DNA of 64,000 bases from Octopus sinensis. Taxonomy: Eukaryota. This document shows, piece by piece, positions 24,440-38,527 of this stretch. Made by a program: the position numbers and the translations under genes. The notes beneath the pieces were generated by a model. It was not told where the DNA came from and searched no databases. It worked only from the letters and a program-made list of their open reading frames with translations. Location of the stretch: assembly GCF_006345805.1 (NCBI RefSeq), contig NC_043007.1:68510001-68574000 (forward strand). The letters are read 5' to 3'. Each line of letters begins with the position of its first letter. Positions within the stretch are counted from its first letter, which is position 1.

Positions 24440-26410
24440 GACCCCATAAGCCCCAATCGGTCGCTGGTACTTCTTTCAACTCTTGTTTCTCGTCCATAGC
24501 CTGTTCACATGGTTCTTTGCACGCACAGCACTCTCCGACAGGTACCTTTTCTCCAGCCATACTTTCCTTTTCAAGTGAAAAGTGAAAAACGAACTTACCT
24601 CGTGGCGGAGATAAAGTTAACCGGCTTAATCGCTTTTATCCTAGTCTTCCACACTGCTTCTTTCGCTATTGCAACAACAGTGAGAAAACAATTCTTACCT
24701 TCATTTGTTAAAAATTCCGATGGGTCAATTTTTATAATTGACCCAGTCGACAGCTGTACTCTTCCCTCGCCGGGCAACAGGTGTTCAGCATAAACCCACA
24801 TTTCAGACATCTCCGGGCATTGGGCAATAGCGTGAGGAACGGTTTCCCTATCACCCCGCATCTTGGACAGGTCGGAGAGTCAGACTTCCCATGTCTTGCG
24901 AGCTTATCCCAAACGGGCAATGCGCCCCTATAACATTGCCAGGTCAAGGACTTTTGGAAATTGGCCAACGTTCTCAAACGAACGTACGGTGGAACAAACT
25001 GTCAAGTTGAATATACCCGAGGCCTAGAGTTGCTCCCAGGCCATCGTCACATCCAGACTCTAGCAACCCACTATATAATAAACATGTAGAGCTCCCACCG
25101 CTGGCGTTGCGCCGGAATAGCAGGAGGGCCTTACGACACTCCATATACGACTTACCCGATGTAGTCTACGAGAACACCCGACTTCCTGTTCGCAAAAACT
25201 TTTGAACTTGGGGAACATTTGTCTGGCTAGCGGAGACCACACCCGTTCACTATCAAGGAGAATCTAGAGGTACCTCAACCTCAACGCATGTCTACGCATC
25301 ATTAACCAAGGCATCCCTAAATCTCCCTTTAACGGCTCCTGACAACAGATAGAGCGTTTCACAAGTGGCGACTTGCCCTTCCACAAAAAGCGAAAGAGCT
25401 GCCTTTCCAACCTGATCACCCACGAATCCGGACAGGGCCCAACGGCCACGCGGTAGGTTATCACCGATGCAATAAACACATTAGCGACCTCCGCCCTCCG
25501 TTTCAGGGATAGCCACCGTCAAGACCAGGTCTTGACTATTGCAGCCACCCTGCTCGAAACCTCCGCCCAGTTCTTCTCTATCTCGAAGCCTAGTCCAAAC
25601 CAAACTCCCAGCAATTTAACCGGACCCTCCGTCCAGCGCCCAACAACGCTGTCTGGAGGCATCGATTTGCCAACCCAGGTGCCGAGTTGCAAGCCGACCG
25701 ACTTTTTCCGGGCGGATATCCTTGACGAACCGAGCGTCTGATGCAGAACGGCCTCGAAAGGAAACCATTCACCCGAACTATCGAGCCAATGTTGTGATAC
25801 AGAGCGATGAACCACATGAGGAAGCCAAGGCCCAGGCCAAACCGCGCAAGCACAGTCGCCAGGTATTGATGGTCGATCCTATAAAAAGCTTTACTCTAAA
25901 TGCACCAATGCCCAACCATTGCTACAGTTATCACGAACCCTCTCTATGGTATAGCAAATAAGATAGAGATTATCCTGAATGGTTCTACCTGGGATGGCAC
26001 ATGTCTATGCTTCCCCGACTATACCATTCGCGATATGCGCCAACCTTTTTGCTAAAACATTGGCCAAAATCTTCACTGCTATGTTTAACAGAGTGATGGG
26101 CCTGAAATTCTCTATAACGTCCCCCTTGTCCGGGTCCTTTTTGATCGACGTCACCACTCCTCGGTGCACAGATCTGGGGATAAACCCATTCTTTTGACAG
26201 TTCGCGTACACGCTAGCCAGTAGGTGTCCGAACAAGTCTGGCATACATTTATATAGCGCGTAAGGAAGACCATCATGTACCAGTGACTTACCCGCTTTAC
26301 AGTCAGACTTAGCCTCCGTCACCTCCCCAGGCGTGATCGGCTCCTCGCAAGCCTCCGCATCCGACCCCGAGAGGCGTGGTAGCTCGGCAAGAAAGTCCTC
26401 GATGTTAACT
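24440..26410 (-). mobile_element. Internally deleted L1/Tx1-clade LINE (RT to C-terminal zinc finger)
   Basis: ENFRPITLLNIAVKILANVLAKRL, SVRQGYP joined directly to the post-YADD region, VKLLGVWFG, FLWKGK, CPRCG..ETVPHAIAQC. Confidence 0.9.
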
Positions 26411-26629
26411 ATTCTTCACAAACACCTGAAGAGCAAACGCACTGCGAGCACCGATCCACACTAAGACAATAAGAGCAGAAAAAGAGAAAAGACATTCTCT
26501 ATATGAGAATCCGCTGCTTTCTGCCTAACTTCAGTAACACCACAGCATTAGCCGTAGCAGTTATGGGACGTTTTTCAGATACCCTCGTTCTTGGCGCCAG
26601 TAGCTACGTATATTACCAACCTCAGTAAA

Positions 26630-26720
26630 GAAAGGCGCATGCGTATGTGTGCTTCAGCTGCATGTCGTCTTTCAAAACCACTTCCGAGTGACCGATTCGT
26701 TTCCGGCTTCTTCCGGCTAT
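26630..26720. promoter_or_regulatory. Promoter-like motif cluster (NRF1-like and ETS-like sites)
   Basis: GGCGCATGCGT at about 26634-26644, ACTTCCG at about 26679, tandem TTCCGG at 26701-26717, in a CpG-rich patch. Confidence 0.35.
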
Positions 26721-27891
26721 CGATTTGTTAATCCAATTAATGTATAGCATATTCTCTAGCGTGCCAAGTTCGCTGCCAATGCCGCCTTTTTCATTGTTCT
26801 CTCATAATCGTTTTTCAGGCTCCATTAGGATTTCCACCTTCTTTACCCCGTCTTTCCTCATTGTTTCTCTTTGTTCTCTTCATTTCTGCTTCGGCTTTTC
26901 CCCGCCACACCATTTTCTTTGTTTTATTTATCATTTCCTTCTACTTTTACTTTCTTCTTCTTTTGTAAATTTTTATTTTCTAATTTCTTTTTTTATGCCT
27001 ACTCATGTTCCTTACACACCATATGTTCTCCTCTTGTAATTCTCTTGATTTTTTAAATATTTCCGTTACACTCCATCACTCACGATCTCTTTCATTATAC
27101 TTATTTCCTACTCACACGCCTTCTCTCTTTTGCATACACATACATACACGCACACAAACACTTATCCACGCACGTTCTCTCTCACACACACATACACTCT
27201 CTCTCCCTCTCACGCATACAACCTCGCTGACTCCCAATTTCTGTCTCTTTTTTTTTCTTTTTCCTAGACTTTATTTATTAATAAGTAATTGTTGCTGTAT
27301 GTTATAGCTTTTTAATTACAGTTGGACATCTCCTCTTACACTATAAACAAGAGCCGATGTAATGGAACCGTAGAGAACGTTGCTGCTGATTGATCAAAGT
27401 GAATATTGAGGTTGAGTAAACATAGCAAGTAAACAACTAAAGTCTGAAAAAAAGAGGCAAAAATGCAGAATCAAAAACATATAACAACTTGATCTAAATA
27501 AACAGGATTTCTCTTTTCTCAACCATCACTTTCTACTCTTCCTCGCTACTCCCACTCTTTTGCTCTCTCTCTCTCTCTCTCTCAATATATTTATGCGATG
27601 TATGCGTATATTTATGTATCTATCTTCCTATCTAAGATGTATATATCTCTCTATCTATCAATATATACATATGTACATATATATACACGTATATATATAT
27701 ATATATATGTATATATTTATATATATATATATATATATATACATATGTTCAGATGCACACGCGCACACAAACAACACACACAAAAACACATGCACAAACC
27801 TACGCGTGCGTACACACACACATACATACATATATACATTATATATATATATAAACTTGCAGTGAGCAACGTATGAAGCCAGTAAATATAC

Positions 27892-27922
<31 letters not shown>

Positions 27923-28172
27923 CAATAAGACAACGAAGTTTATTTTTTAAAGCTGTATTTTGAAGAGAAAGTTGAGAATTAAAGGGGGTGGATTGACAAT
28001 AGAATTGGATCGCAAGAACAGACCCTTCGTCATCAAACAAGTGCATGTAATATGTTTTCGAACCACTGTGTGTGTAGCAGATTTGGATACCTGTGGCTAG
28101 AAACTACCTACATATCTATCTACCTATCTATCTATCTCTCTATATTCTGTCTGTTTGTCTGTCTATCTACCC

Positions 28173-28262
<90 letters not shown>

Positions 28263-28492
28263 AGAGGGAGAGAGTTTGAACTAATAAGATGATGAGGATC
28301 CCGATATAGAAAACACTTAGCGTTCAAATAATTTGTACTTACACTGCGATATCTTTACTAAGGATCAATTCATCGGGGTAAAAATTGGATATAAAGGGAA
28401 TCCAAGTGAGCAGATACCAGATATGGAGACAATGATTCAAATAAACAGATAAAACCTTGAGTTTTAATGTATAACATATATATATATATATA

Positions 28493-28830
28493 TATTGTTA
28501 TATTTCTGAATGGTCATATTGCCAGTTTAGCCAATAAAAACACACGCACTATATATTTGGTGTTATTTTGCTTCAGTGATATTTATTTTTTACTTTAATC
28601 TTAATCTTATTTCGGCCAGAGTTCTTTCGTCACACTCCTGTGACCGCATCAGTGGTCCTTTGTTTTCTTCTTTCTTATTTGTTTGTGTCTCTCCTTACTA
28701 ACCGTCAGCCATTTTGTATACAAAATGGCTGACGGTTAGTAAATATCACTGAAGCAAAATAACACCAAATATATAGTGCGTGTGTTTTTTGGCTAAACTG
28801 GCAATATGACCATTCCGAAATATAACAATA
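28493..28830. mobile_element. Fold-back pseudo-LTR-like insert at a (TA)n tract
   Basis: About 92-bp inverted arms at 28493-28585 and 28740-28830, an internal perfect 48-bp palindrome at 28695-28742, and a hammerhead-like motif in the spacer. Confidence 0.75.
28616..28655 (-). ncRNA. Hammerhead-like motif with C at position 9
   Basis: Minus strand: CCA-CTGATGC-G-GTCAC-aggagt-GTGAC-GAA-AGAACT-C-TGG. Confidence 0.5.
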
Positions 28831-28884
28831 TCTGTTTCAACACACGACTTCACATAAAAAATCTTGCACAACAAATATTTAAAC

Positions 28885-28952
<68 letters not shown>

Positions 28953-31382
28953 AAATGAGTAGGCAGACTTAAAATTTTCAGATGAGAAGCAAACAAGTAT
29001 AAATATATATATTTTTATAGAGCATATTATATATATATATAAACATATAAATATAATATATATATATGCATATATATATGCATACATATATACATACAGA
29101 GAAATAAATATATACATACATGCATACACACACACACATACACACACACATACACACACATATATACAAGGTTGCCGTTACGTTGTTTTCGGGTATGAAC
29201 TCACGACGACGGTATGTCAATCAAATCGATCATATCTGTGCATGATGCTGTTGAATGTGAGGAGAGACCCCTTACACAAAACCAATCCCACCCTGTGAAC
29301 AATGATGACAGATACCGCAAAAAAGAAGTACACATCAGTGGCTGTCATCGAGTCGCAGACTTTACGTCAGTTTTCCTTCTCCTAGACAAGGTCACTCACT
29401 CCCAGTAATGTGGTAAACCATACCAACGTTCCAATTCTCTTCATTCTCTGCTCTCACACATGTTGTGCCAGTCTGTTACGAAAAACGTGTCAATTTCCTG
29501 AGCAGACACTGCGTTTTATGCACCAGAGTCACTAGTTTGTCGATGATTGCCGCAGGAACTACCGCTGTCCATGAGAAATAGCAGGACAAAGCTTGTGTAC
29601 ACAGTATATGATAACTGTTGGCTTTAATGAGTTCATCCACCCCTTCACAGCTATATAAAAGGAATCCATTTATAAACTTTGACCAACACTTAAACACTTA
29701 TCTCAGCAAAACTAAACAAGATTTAAAATGTAATGTATAAGAGGTAAGTATTAAAATATTATCAGTTGGTATCGGATGTTCTAAAATATTACTTTAAACT
29801 CGCAATATTAGTCTTACATGCTGTTGGCATCGGTAATATTTGGAATCTATGTTTACGTTGACATTATCATCAGAATTGTTTATAATTATTCCTATAGATT
29901 TTGGTATCGCTTTCTATTACATATACGCCTAACGATAATTAGTAATATTGCACGTCACAGTAAAATGCAATGTTATGAGTAAAGAGTACTAATCGTTAGG
30001 ATTTAGCGCTTCAAACTCAGCTATCGATTACAGGAGAACTATGTCAAATTGTTTTGTATTATCAGAATTTTGACCTGTAAAAATCCAGATGTTCGTGTAG
30101 TAAATAACAGGCAGTTTTACGAATGATATATATGATTTCCAAATGCAGAATATAATCTTGTACTTTTATAGTGCCGATGTGGTCGGTAATTTCCATCACT
30201 TTTTCGACCATAATATTAGGGTTACCATATGAATCTACACCTGTATTTATGTCTAAATTCATATTCTATATACTTTTCAATAACTAAGTATAAAAGAGTT
30301 TGAGTTGCGATATTCCAATGTCACATCAAAATATTACTGTTATCCTAACGTACATTATCAGTATTTCCATTACAAGTGCTGAAAATAACGGCTTGTGAAT
30401 TAGAATATTTTAATCACATCAAAGTATTTTTGTTTTTGCTTAGAATGTTTGAATATTGTATAGGATGATGAATCAAATTATCACCAAACCGAGAGATATA
30501 TTTCTAAGGGTTCACACTTATCAAACCTGACACCATTCGGAAAAATGCTGAGTAACATCCTACGTGTTTAATCAATCAAAGAAGCGCTGGAGATAGCAAA
30601 GGCGTTCAGAAATATTCCTATTTAATTTAAGATATCATCATACACAAATAATCTATTCACCTAAAATTTAAAGGCCCAAAAGGACTTCGGTTAAGAATCA
30701 GGAAAAAAATACGTTGTAGACGTTACGCTTAGTACAGAATCTCTCTCTCTCTTTCTCTCTTTCTCTCTCTCTCTCTATCTACCTGTCTGTCTATATGTCT
30801 GTCTATCAATCTATTGATATTTGTTTCTGTGTATATAAACATATGTATGTGTGTGTGTTTGTGTGTGCGTGCTTCACATCTTTTTTAAACCACACAAAGT
30901 CTCAAACGAAACGAAGATTACGCAATAAGTCAATTATCCTGAATAGTAGCAAAATTATCGATACATTTCCTGGATAACGAAAGGATAACAAAAGACGGAC
31001 AGCATAACTTGTATAAGTACGGAATATCCCGTCCTTGGTTTCCTAATAAGTTATGTTCATAATTTCAAAATCAAAAGCCAGATCACTCTGCTTTACGACG
31101 ACAGAAGTACTGAAAACCGTTTTAGCACAGATTAGATTTAAAACATTCAGACGATGTATATGTATGTATTTAGGAACAGGAATACTCATATGCAATTTTA
31201 ATATTTTATATCGCGATATGTGTGCATAATATCGTCATTGGTTATATGTTCCCTGGCTGATGAGTGGTTCATTTCCATGGAGATGGCATGATCGATGAGC
31301 CAGTGTCTGTGTGACGTGAACGAATATTTATTCCCCGATGTAATCAAGCATACACAAACACACATACATATACACATTTATA

Positions 31383-31424
<42 letters not shown>

Positions 31425-31430
<6 letters not shown>

Positions 31431-31900
31431 ACCATGATTGATCGTGTCCCTTTCTGTAGAAGAGCGAAGGCTCGAAACGTAAAATACTTTTTCTATTCCT
31501 GAGCGTTATACTAATACATCTATTTGTTTTGTATACCACCTGTCTTCGTCTTTTGTTTTTTTCGTAAACTCTCCCTATATATATATATATATATACATAC
31601 ATATATACATATATATACATATACATACCTACATACTTACATACATACGTACACACATACATACATATATAAACACACACACACAGATATATATATATAT
31701 ATATATATATGCTGGACCGCTGAAATCTACAATTTTTTTTCAATTTCTTTCTGCTTATTTCCTCATTCCTGTCTAATGAAGAGCGTAGAGTCGAACGTAA
31801 AATACTTTTTCATTTACCTGAATGTCAAACTAATACACTTGCTTGTTGTTCATACACCAGTCTTGTTTTTGTTTTGTTTTTCTATTAAATTTCAACTATA
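31425..31900 (+). mobile_element. Two tandem pseudo-LTR-like units, each with a degenerate hammerhead, separated by microsatellite
   Basis: Units at about 31425-31575 and 31740-31900 share AAGAGCG..TCGAA(A)CGTAAAATACTTTT..CTAATACA..ACC.GTCTT. Cores are CTGTAGA (31454) and CTAATGA (31773). Confidence 0.65.
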
Positions 31901-32164
31901 TACATGTCTGCATGTATATATAAGCGAACTTTAAATTAGTTAAAATATGTTTGTGACATATATCAAATTCTAAAGGCAAATTCACTAGTTACCAAGGAGA
32001 AAAAAATTCTCTTATTCTAAACAGTTATATAAACACCATATCTGTCCACGTTAGCGGTAGTAAATTTGCGTTTAGAAGCTGAAATATGCCACAAACATAT
32101 TTTAATTTACTCAAAGTTCGCTCATATCTAAACACTGCTTGGAGCTGATAGTGCTATAAGATAT

Positions 32165-32209
<45 letters not shown>

Positions 32210-32329
32210 GTCACACACACTTACATATATATATTTGTGTGTGTGTACATACAAGCGCACACAAATATCAAAATATTACATATTTAAATTAGTTTCTATG
32301 CTTTAGGAAGAAAAACTTCATAATATTGT

Positions 32330-32940
32330 GATAGAAAAGTGTTTTGTATCTGCCGGCCATCAAAAAGAGACACTAATGAAGAATTTGAGTTTTACAGAAC
32401 TTTTTCAGAATTCCTAACAACGTACACTGCTGATATTTTCAAGGACAGAATAAATATAGCACTTAAACATTATCATGATAACAAATTTTAAATCAATACC
32501 CTCCATGGAATCCAAAATTAATCTGCTTTCTAATACATAAAAACCTTCAAGAAACCAACCCTTGTACATCCAACCACAATGCAAAGTGTTCAAATGCGTT
32601 TTCCACTAAGTATTATGGAGAAAATTAATACATTATACTTCAACCATCCTACTCTCAACATACAGAATTATTCTGTAGAGGGTCTATCATGAACCTGATA
32701 GCAAGAAAGAATAAAGTGACCGCCAACACAATCAAGCAGCCACCCCAAAATCACTAAGAAATGGAATATTATATGGTATAATTTACATAAATTGTTGGTG
32801 TAGTAAACCAACGCTACAGCATATTTCCATCCCTGAGCAGTCAGTAAAAAATATCTCGAACGACCATAGAGTAAACAAGCTGTTTAACAGAATCAACGTT
32901 CAAGTAAGTTATAGCTGCACAAAACATTTTTTTAATGTTG
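32330..32940 (+). mobile_element. Degenerate Penelope-like element, RT-thumb/linker region
   Basis: RKWNIIWYN and HRVNKLFNRINVQVSYSC motifs typical of the PLE region upstream of the GIY-YIG domain. Many stops. Confidence 0.65.
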
Positions 32941-33193
32941 AGTAGACATTAATACTAGACATTAATACATGTAACTCACCCCCCATTACCCATGTATACA
33001 GATAACTACACTTATGCAACTTGTCATTACTATAACCACTATGTGATTTCATGAAGTTGATAGTACAATTGGTTGCGTAATCTGTTAGAAAGAGTAGTCA
33101 GATGTCCTTTCAATCACATTCTATATTGTTACGTCATTTTATACATAAAGGTTACTCAGCATAATGTAGCACTCAAAGCTTCATAAAATTGCA

Positions 33194-33234
<41 letters not shown>

Positions 33235-33235
<1 letters not shown>

Positions 33236-34900
33236 GGTGGTTGTCTACTCCATGTGCAGAGTCTAACGACCCCCTGTACCTGCACTTTAGTACCATCATG
33301 GCATCTGACGTGGCTTTTTAATGTTCCTAAAAGACAATGTTCTGAAAAGATACCCACATAGATTGCACCTCCGATTTGGACCACTAAGAGCTGCAGATAA
33401 ATTCTGTTATTTGTGGATCTTAAAATGTTTTTTGAGGCCTCCGTTGGATTTGCGAACCTTCTGGCATACACTGCATTCAAAGGATTGCACAGACATATAG
33501 TCACAATAGTTGGTAGATGTTCGTTTTCCATGTGTTCGCAGATGAGATTTGAGGCCAACAAAAGACTCTTTTGAGTCTTACTTGCATTATCCTGGCCCCT
33601 TGAAATGTTTTCACTCCACTCCACACTTTTGTTAGCCATCCAACTCGATCCGAAGCAAGTGTTTCTATATCTTCTGGAACCATTCTAAGTGACTTCATTG
33701 TAATCCTTATGCCGTCCTTAAACTTTTTTTTAGGTTTACACCAATAGCGTTTGCCCTCTGCAAGCTCACCATTAAAACAGCTGTTTTGGTATGTGTCCAT
33801 CTGCCATTCGAACAATAAGGCCACATCATCTCATTTGAGGTTATGCCTGCAGATGCAAGAACATCTGTGTTTGGAGTAAAAGAACTCTATTTAATTTCTA
33901 AAATGCGATGAAGGCATTTTTGGTGGAATTGTTCGAACAATTTAAAATGCCTTTCATAACAGGTCCAAGATTCACAGGAATACAACAGGGATAGTAAGGC
34001 AAATGATTTGTAAAGAGCCATCATTGTATTCTTATTTATATTCGCTGGCACCAAACGCATGACTCCAAGCGCCCAAATGCTTTTGCTGCCCTTTGAATTC
34101 GCAACTGTATTTCTGAATCAAGATTCCATAATTTTGAACAGAGCTCCCAAGGTAGACGAACGAATCGACAACCTCAAGTAACTTTCTCTTAACAAACATT
34201 TTAGAGGGTTACAAAACAGCATCACACGCAGGTTGATGCATTTCAGAATGACTGACTAGATCGCTATCGTCAGCGTACAAAAGTTCCCTAATGAGTGAAG
34301 GAAAAACCTTTTTGAATTTCAGTCTGGTCAGATTAAAACATTCCCTGTTTTTTGATATTTTATGTAAATATCTTCCTCAGAGTTTTGAAAAGCATGTGAC
34401 AACACAACAGAAAAGTATATTGCAAAGACGGTGGTTGCATCAAGGTCTCCTTGCTTGACTCCATTTTCCACAGCAAAAGGTACAGAGAGTCTACCATCAA
34501 CCGCCCTGCTCATATTTTCTTTACAATTAACCACAGAGCATTTCGATTAGCAGTACCGAAGGCTTTGCTCAAATCAACAAAGCAATGGTATAGAGCAATA
34601 TTCTGTTCAATGCACTTTTCTTGTAATTGTCTGACAGTAAAGATACAATCAGCTGTGCCCATGGAGGAACGAAAACCGCACTGAGACTCAGACACTATAT
34701 TTGGAACTATGTCAGGTAGCTCTTGAGTGCTACTGGTAACATGTAATCCAGTACAACCTGTCGCATGGTCGGGTCGTCGGCGACTAAAAAAGCAACCCCA
34801 CCAGGTTTGCTTGGTAAGGAGGGTGTTGTTGGACACTCTACGGGGTAAAAAATAAGATCTGTCGAAGGGCGGATGAACTTCTGAACAGTCAAAGGCCATC
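33235..34900 (-). mobile_element. Degenerate RTE-clade LINE
   Basis: SESQCGFRSSMGTADCIFTVRQLQEKCIEQN..FVDLSKAF, NGVKQGD, FVYLGS and GKRYWCKPKKKFKD..TLASDRVGW. Confidence 0.9.
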
Positions 34901-34980
34901 CAACAAAATGTTTGTAAATGCGTATATATCTTTTTTCCTTATATGCAGATATATGTACATTTTTATTTGTATATTTTTAC

Positions 34981-35073
<93 letters not shown>

Positions 35074-35174
35074 ATATATATTTTATATCTTTTAATTGCA
35101 TATCTTTTACTTTTCTTTACTATATATATATATATATAAATCCCAGTAAGTTTGGATTTATATTCCCTCAAATA

Positions 35175-35270
<96 letters not shown>

Positions 35271-35480
35271 CCTAGCTGTTTGATGTGCATAAATCAGAGA
35301 TGGTCAATTACGTTTCAGGTCAGAATGATATTATAAAATCTGCATACACATTGATTTCTTCCTTTTGAGTTTGATTGATATATATTTACACACACAAACA
35401 CACACCTACACACGCATATACACAAAAGCGCCCATGTCTATATATAAGCGAATATCTGTGCGACTGTAATACATACGTTC

Positions 35481-35513
<33 letters not shown>

Positions 35514-35532
35514 CAAATATATATATACACAA

Positions 35533-35564
<32 letters not shown>

Positions 35565-35568
35565 GCAT

Positions 35569-35601
<33 letters not shown>

Positions 35602-35932
35602 CATATATATGATGGTGTGTATAGGGATGGATGAGTATGCGTTTGTGTGCGTTTGTTCAGCAAGTGCTTCCGAAGAGCTTCCAAATATTACTTATCGTGT
35701 GTAGATGCATACAAAGGAAATGTATGTAGCTTTGGAAAAAAGTATTTACATGTGTGAATCCATGACTACTTCAAATGTTTCCAACATATCCTACATATAG
35801 GTAAACATGCAGATATATATGGATGTGTATGTATATGCATAAATACATACATATATATACATACATATACTTAATACATATATATATATATATATATATA
35901 CACGTACATATATAATATATATATATATATAT

Positions 35933-35963
<31 letters not shown>

Positions 35964-36002
35964 CCAAATCTAACTCTCTATCTCTCTATATATTATATAT
36001 AT

Positions 36003-36039
<37 letters not shown>

Positions 36040-36044
<5 letters not shown>

Positions 36045-36795
36045 ACTTGGGAGTAATTGTGGACAACAACGTAAGCTGGGCCACTCATATAAACACCAAA
36101 GTTGACATAACCCGCAGAATGTGTTCCTGGATTCTCAGAACTTTCCAGTCGAGAGATATCCACACCATTATCCTTCTCTTCACCACTTTTGCCCGACCCC
36201 ACCTTGAATACTGTTGTCCACTGTGGTCTCCACACACAATACAAGGTATCATAAAAGTTGAAGCACCTCAAAGGGCAATCACAAAAAAGATAGATGGCAT
36301 GACAGGCCTCGTCTATTGGGGTCGACTAGAAAAGCTAAAACTCTATTCTCTCCAACGTCGTCGTGAGCGCTACATCATCTGCATGATGTGGAAAATATTC
36401 CATCAGCATTGCCCAAATGATGTGGCATCACCTTTAAGGTACATCCAAGGCTTGGCCCCGTGCCATCCGCCAAAATAAAAATCGCACTCTCATCTCATAA
36501 CAACAATACGGCACAATTATTTCACCTGAATTGGCCCCGCTCTCTTTAACATTACACCAAAACACATTAAAACAGAAACTGACCCTATAGGGTTCAAGAA
36601 GTCTTTGGACAGATTCCTTCAAGAAATCCCGGATAAACCCCCTACACCCGGATATGTCTCTGTAAACAATAACTCTCTACTTGAGTGGGCCATAGTGCCC
36701 AAATTCTGACTTGAAAGACTTCACCAGGTGGTGCTATTAAGTTAGACATGGCCTGGGCCAATAATGGCCGAAACCTATCAAAGTATCAAAGTAAA
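36040..36795 (+). mobile_element. 5'-truncated CR1-clade LINE 3' end
   Basis: LGVIVDNNVSW, RPHLEYCCPLWSP, LKLYSLQRRRERY; (ATCAAAGT)n tail; inserted between (TA)n tracts. Confidence 0.9.
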
Positions 36796-36830
<35 letters not shown>

Positions 36831-37355
36831 CATATATATATCGTTCAATATGTACTGATACTGAAATGTTTTCTTTTCATTTCTCTATATGTCTGCGTAT
36901 CTGCTATTTGTAGGATTGCATATATAGTTGTACGAATATTTGACTGCATCTGTATCTCCTTGCTTGTATATATGTGTTCAAGCAACGAAGAAAATTGCTT
37001 CCATTTTAAAATAGAAAACTATACACAGTTTTTCTTTTTCCTTTTTGTTTCTTTGGGAAAATTTGTAATTACTCTCAGCAACATATTATTCGGAAATCTC
37101 AATTACTGAGAAACTTGGGAATTTATTTCATTAAATTCTTCCTTACTTCCTAAAATGTCTCTACACGTTGAGAGAGCCATTGTATAAGGAACCATTATAA
37201 TGTACACATACATGCACAGCAACACTTACTCTGTCTCTGTTTGTCTGTCAGTCTCTTTCTCTCAGAGACTATATATATATAAATATACATATATATATAT
37301 ATATATGTATGTTTATGCACATGTTTATATATATGTATATATATATATATATATA

Positions 37356-37389
<34 letters not shown>

Positions 37390-37412
37390 GGTATATATAT
37401 ACATATGCATAA

Positions 37413-37490
<78 letters not shown>

Positions 37491-38485
37491 GTATATAAAT
37501 ATATATCTATATATATGTAAATATACTGAGCGAGAAAGAGACTGAGAGCATCTTTGAAAATTCGAAACACACAACATACACACCCTGGAGGATACACTTG
37601 CAGGTGCACCCCTATGCATATGTGTGTTTTTTGTGTGGGGAGGACTGTGTAACATTAATGGAGCTGGTAGAATGAACGCGACCTTAACATCGCATGGGTT
37701 TATAAAGAATTTCTTTACATAGAAACCAGTAGTCCGATACCACAGGCTACGTGTATTTTATATTTGAAATTTTTGAATCAGGGATTAAATAATGGACGAC
37801 AAGTCAGCCATTTAATTGACACCAATATACACTCTTGCCAATTAAATAGACGTGCTTTCAACGATTTTTCGAGCTCCGATTGATTAACTTTGAATATATG
37901 CACACAACACTGGATATCGAATAACTGCCTTATATTCTAAGATATGTATGTGTGTGTGTGTGTGTGTGTGTTTGTGTGTATGTGTGCATGTGTGCGCATG
38001 TGTAGATGCATGTAGGAAATTCTTATAAGCAGTAAATTTAATATGTCAAATAATTAAAGTGTGTTCTATATTAGAAATGTCTGGAAATGTGGTGAGCATT
38101 TTCTGTAAGTTACGATGATAAATCGATACGAATTGATTGAATGGTATTAATTAAGTAAACATCAATTCGAACATCTTTGTCGCCATGTTTTTATCATAGC
38201 TTTGCGGTAATCATCATCATCATCGCCGTCGTCGTTGTTGTCATCGTTTTTGCCGACGTTATCGCCTGTATCCTTATAATCATCGTCATCTTTACACGAA
38301 GATCTTTACCATAACTATATGCATCACTCGTCCTCTCCCCTTCCTCTTAACAAAACAACAACGTCAATAATAAAATTAACACTACTACTACTACTAATAA
38401 TAATGATAACAATAATAATATTAATAATAACAACAACAACAACAACAATAATAGTAACAACAACAACAGCAATAATAACAATAAC

Positions 38486-38527
<42 letters not shown>

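Noticed and set aside
29190-29560. Possible LINE endonuclease/5' fragment on the minus strand
   Set aside because: Only vague resemblance, with stops in all frames; not supportable without a search.
31255-31290. CTGATGA followed by a small hairpin
   Set aside because: No GAAA after stem II.
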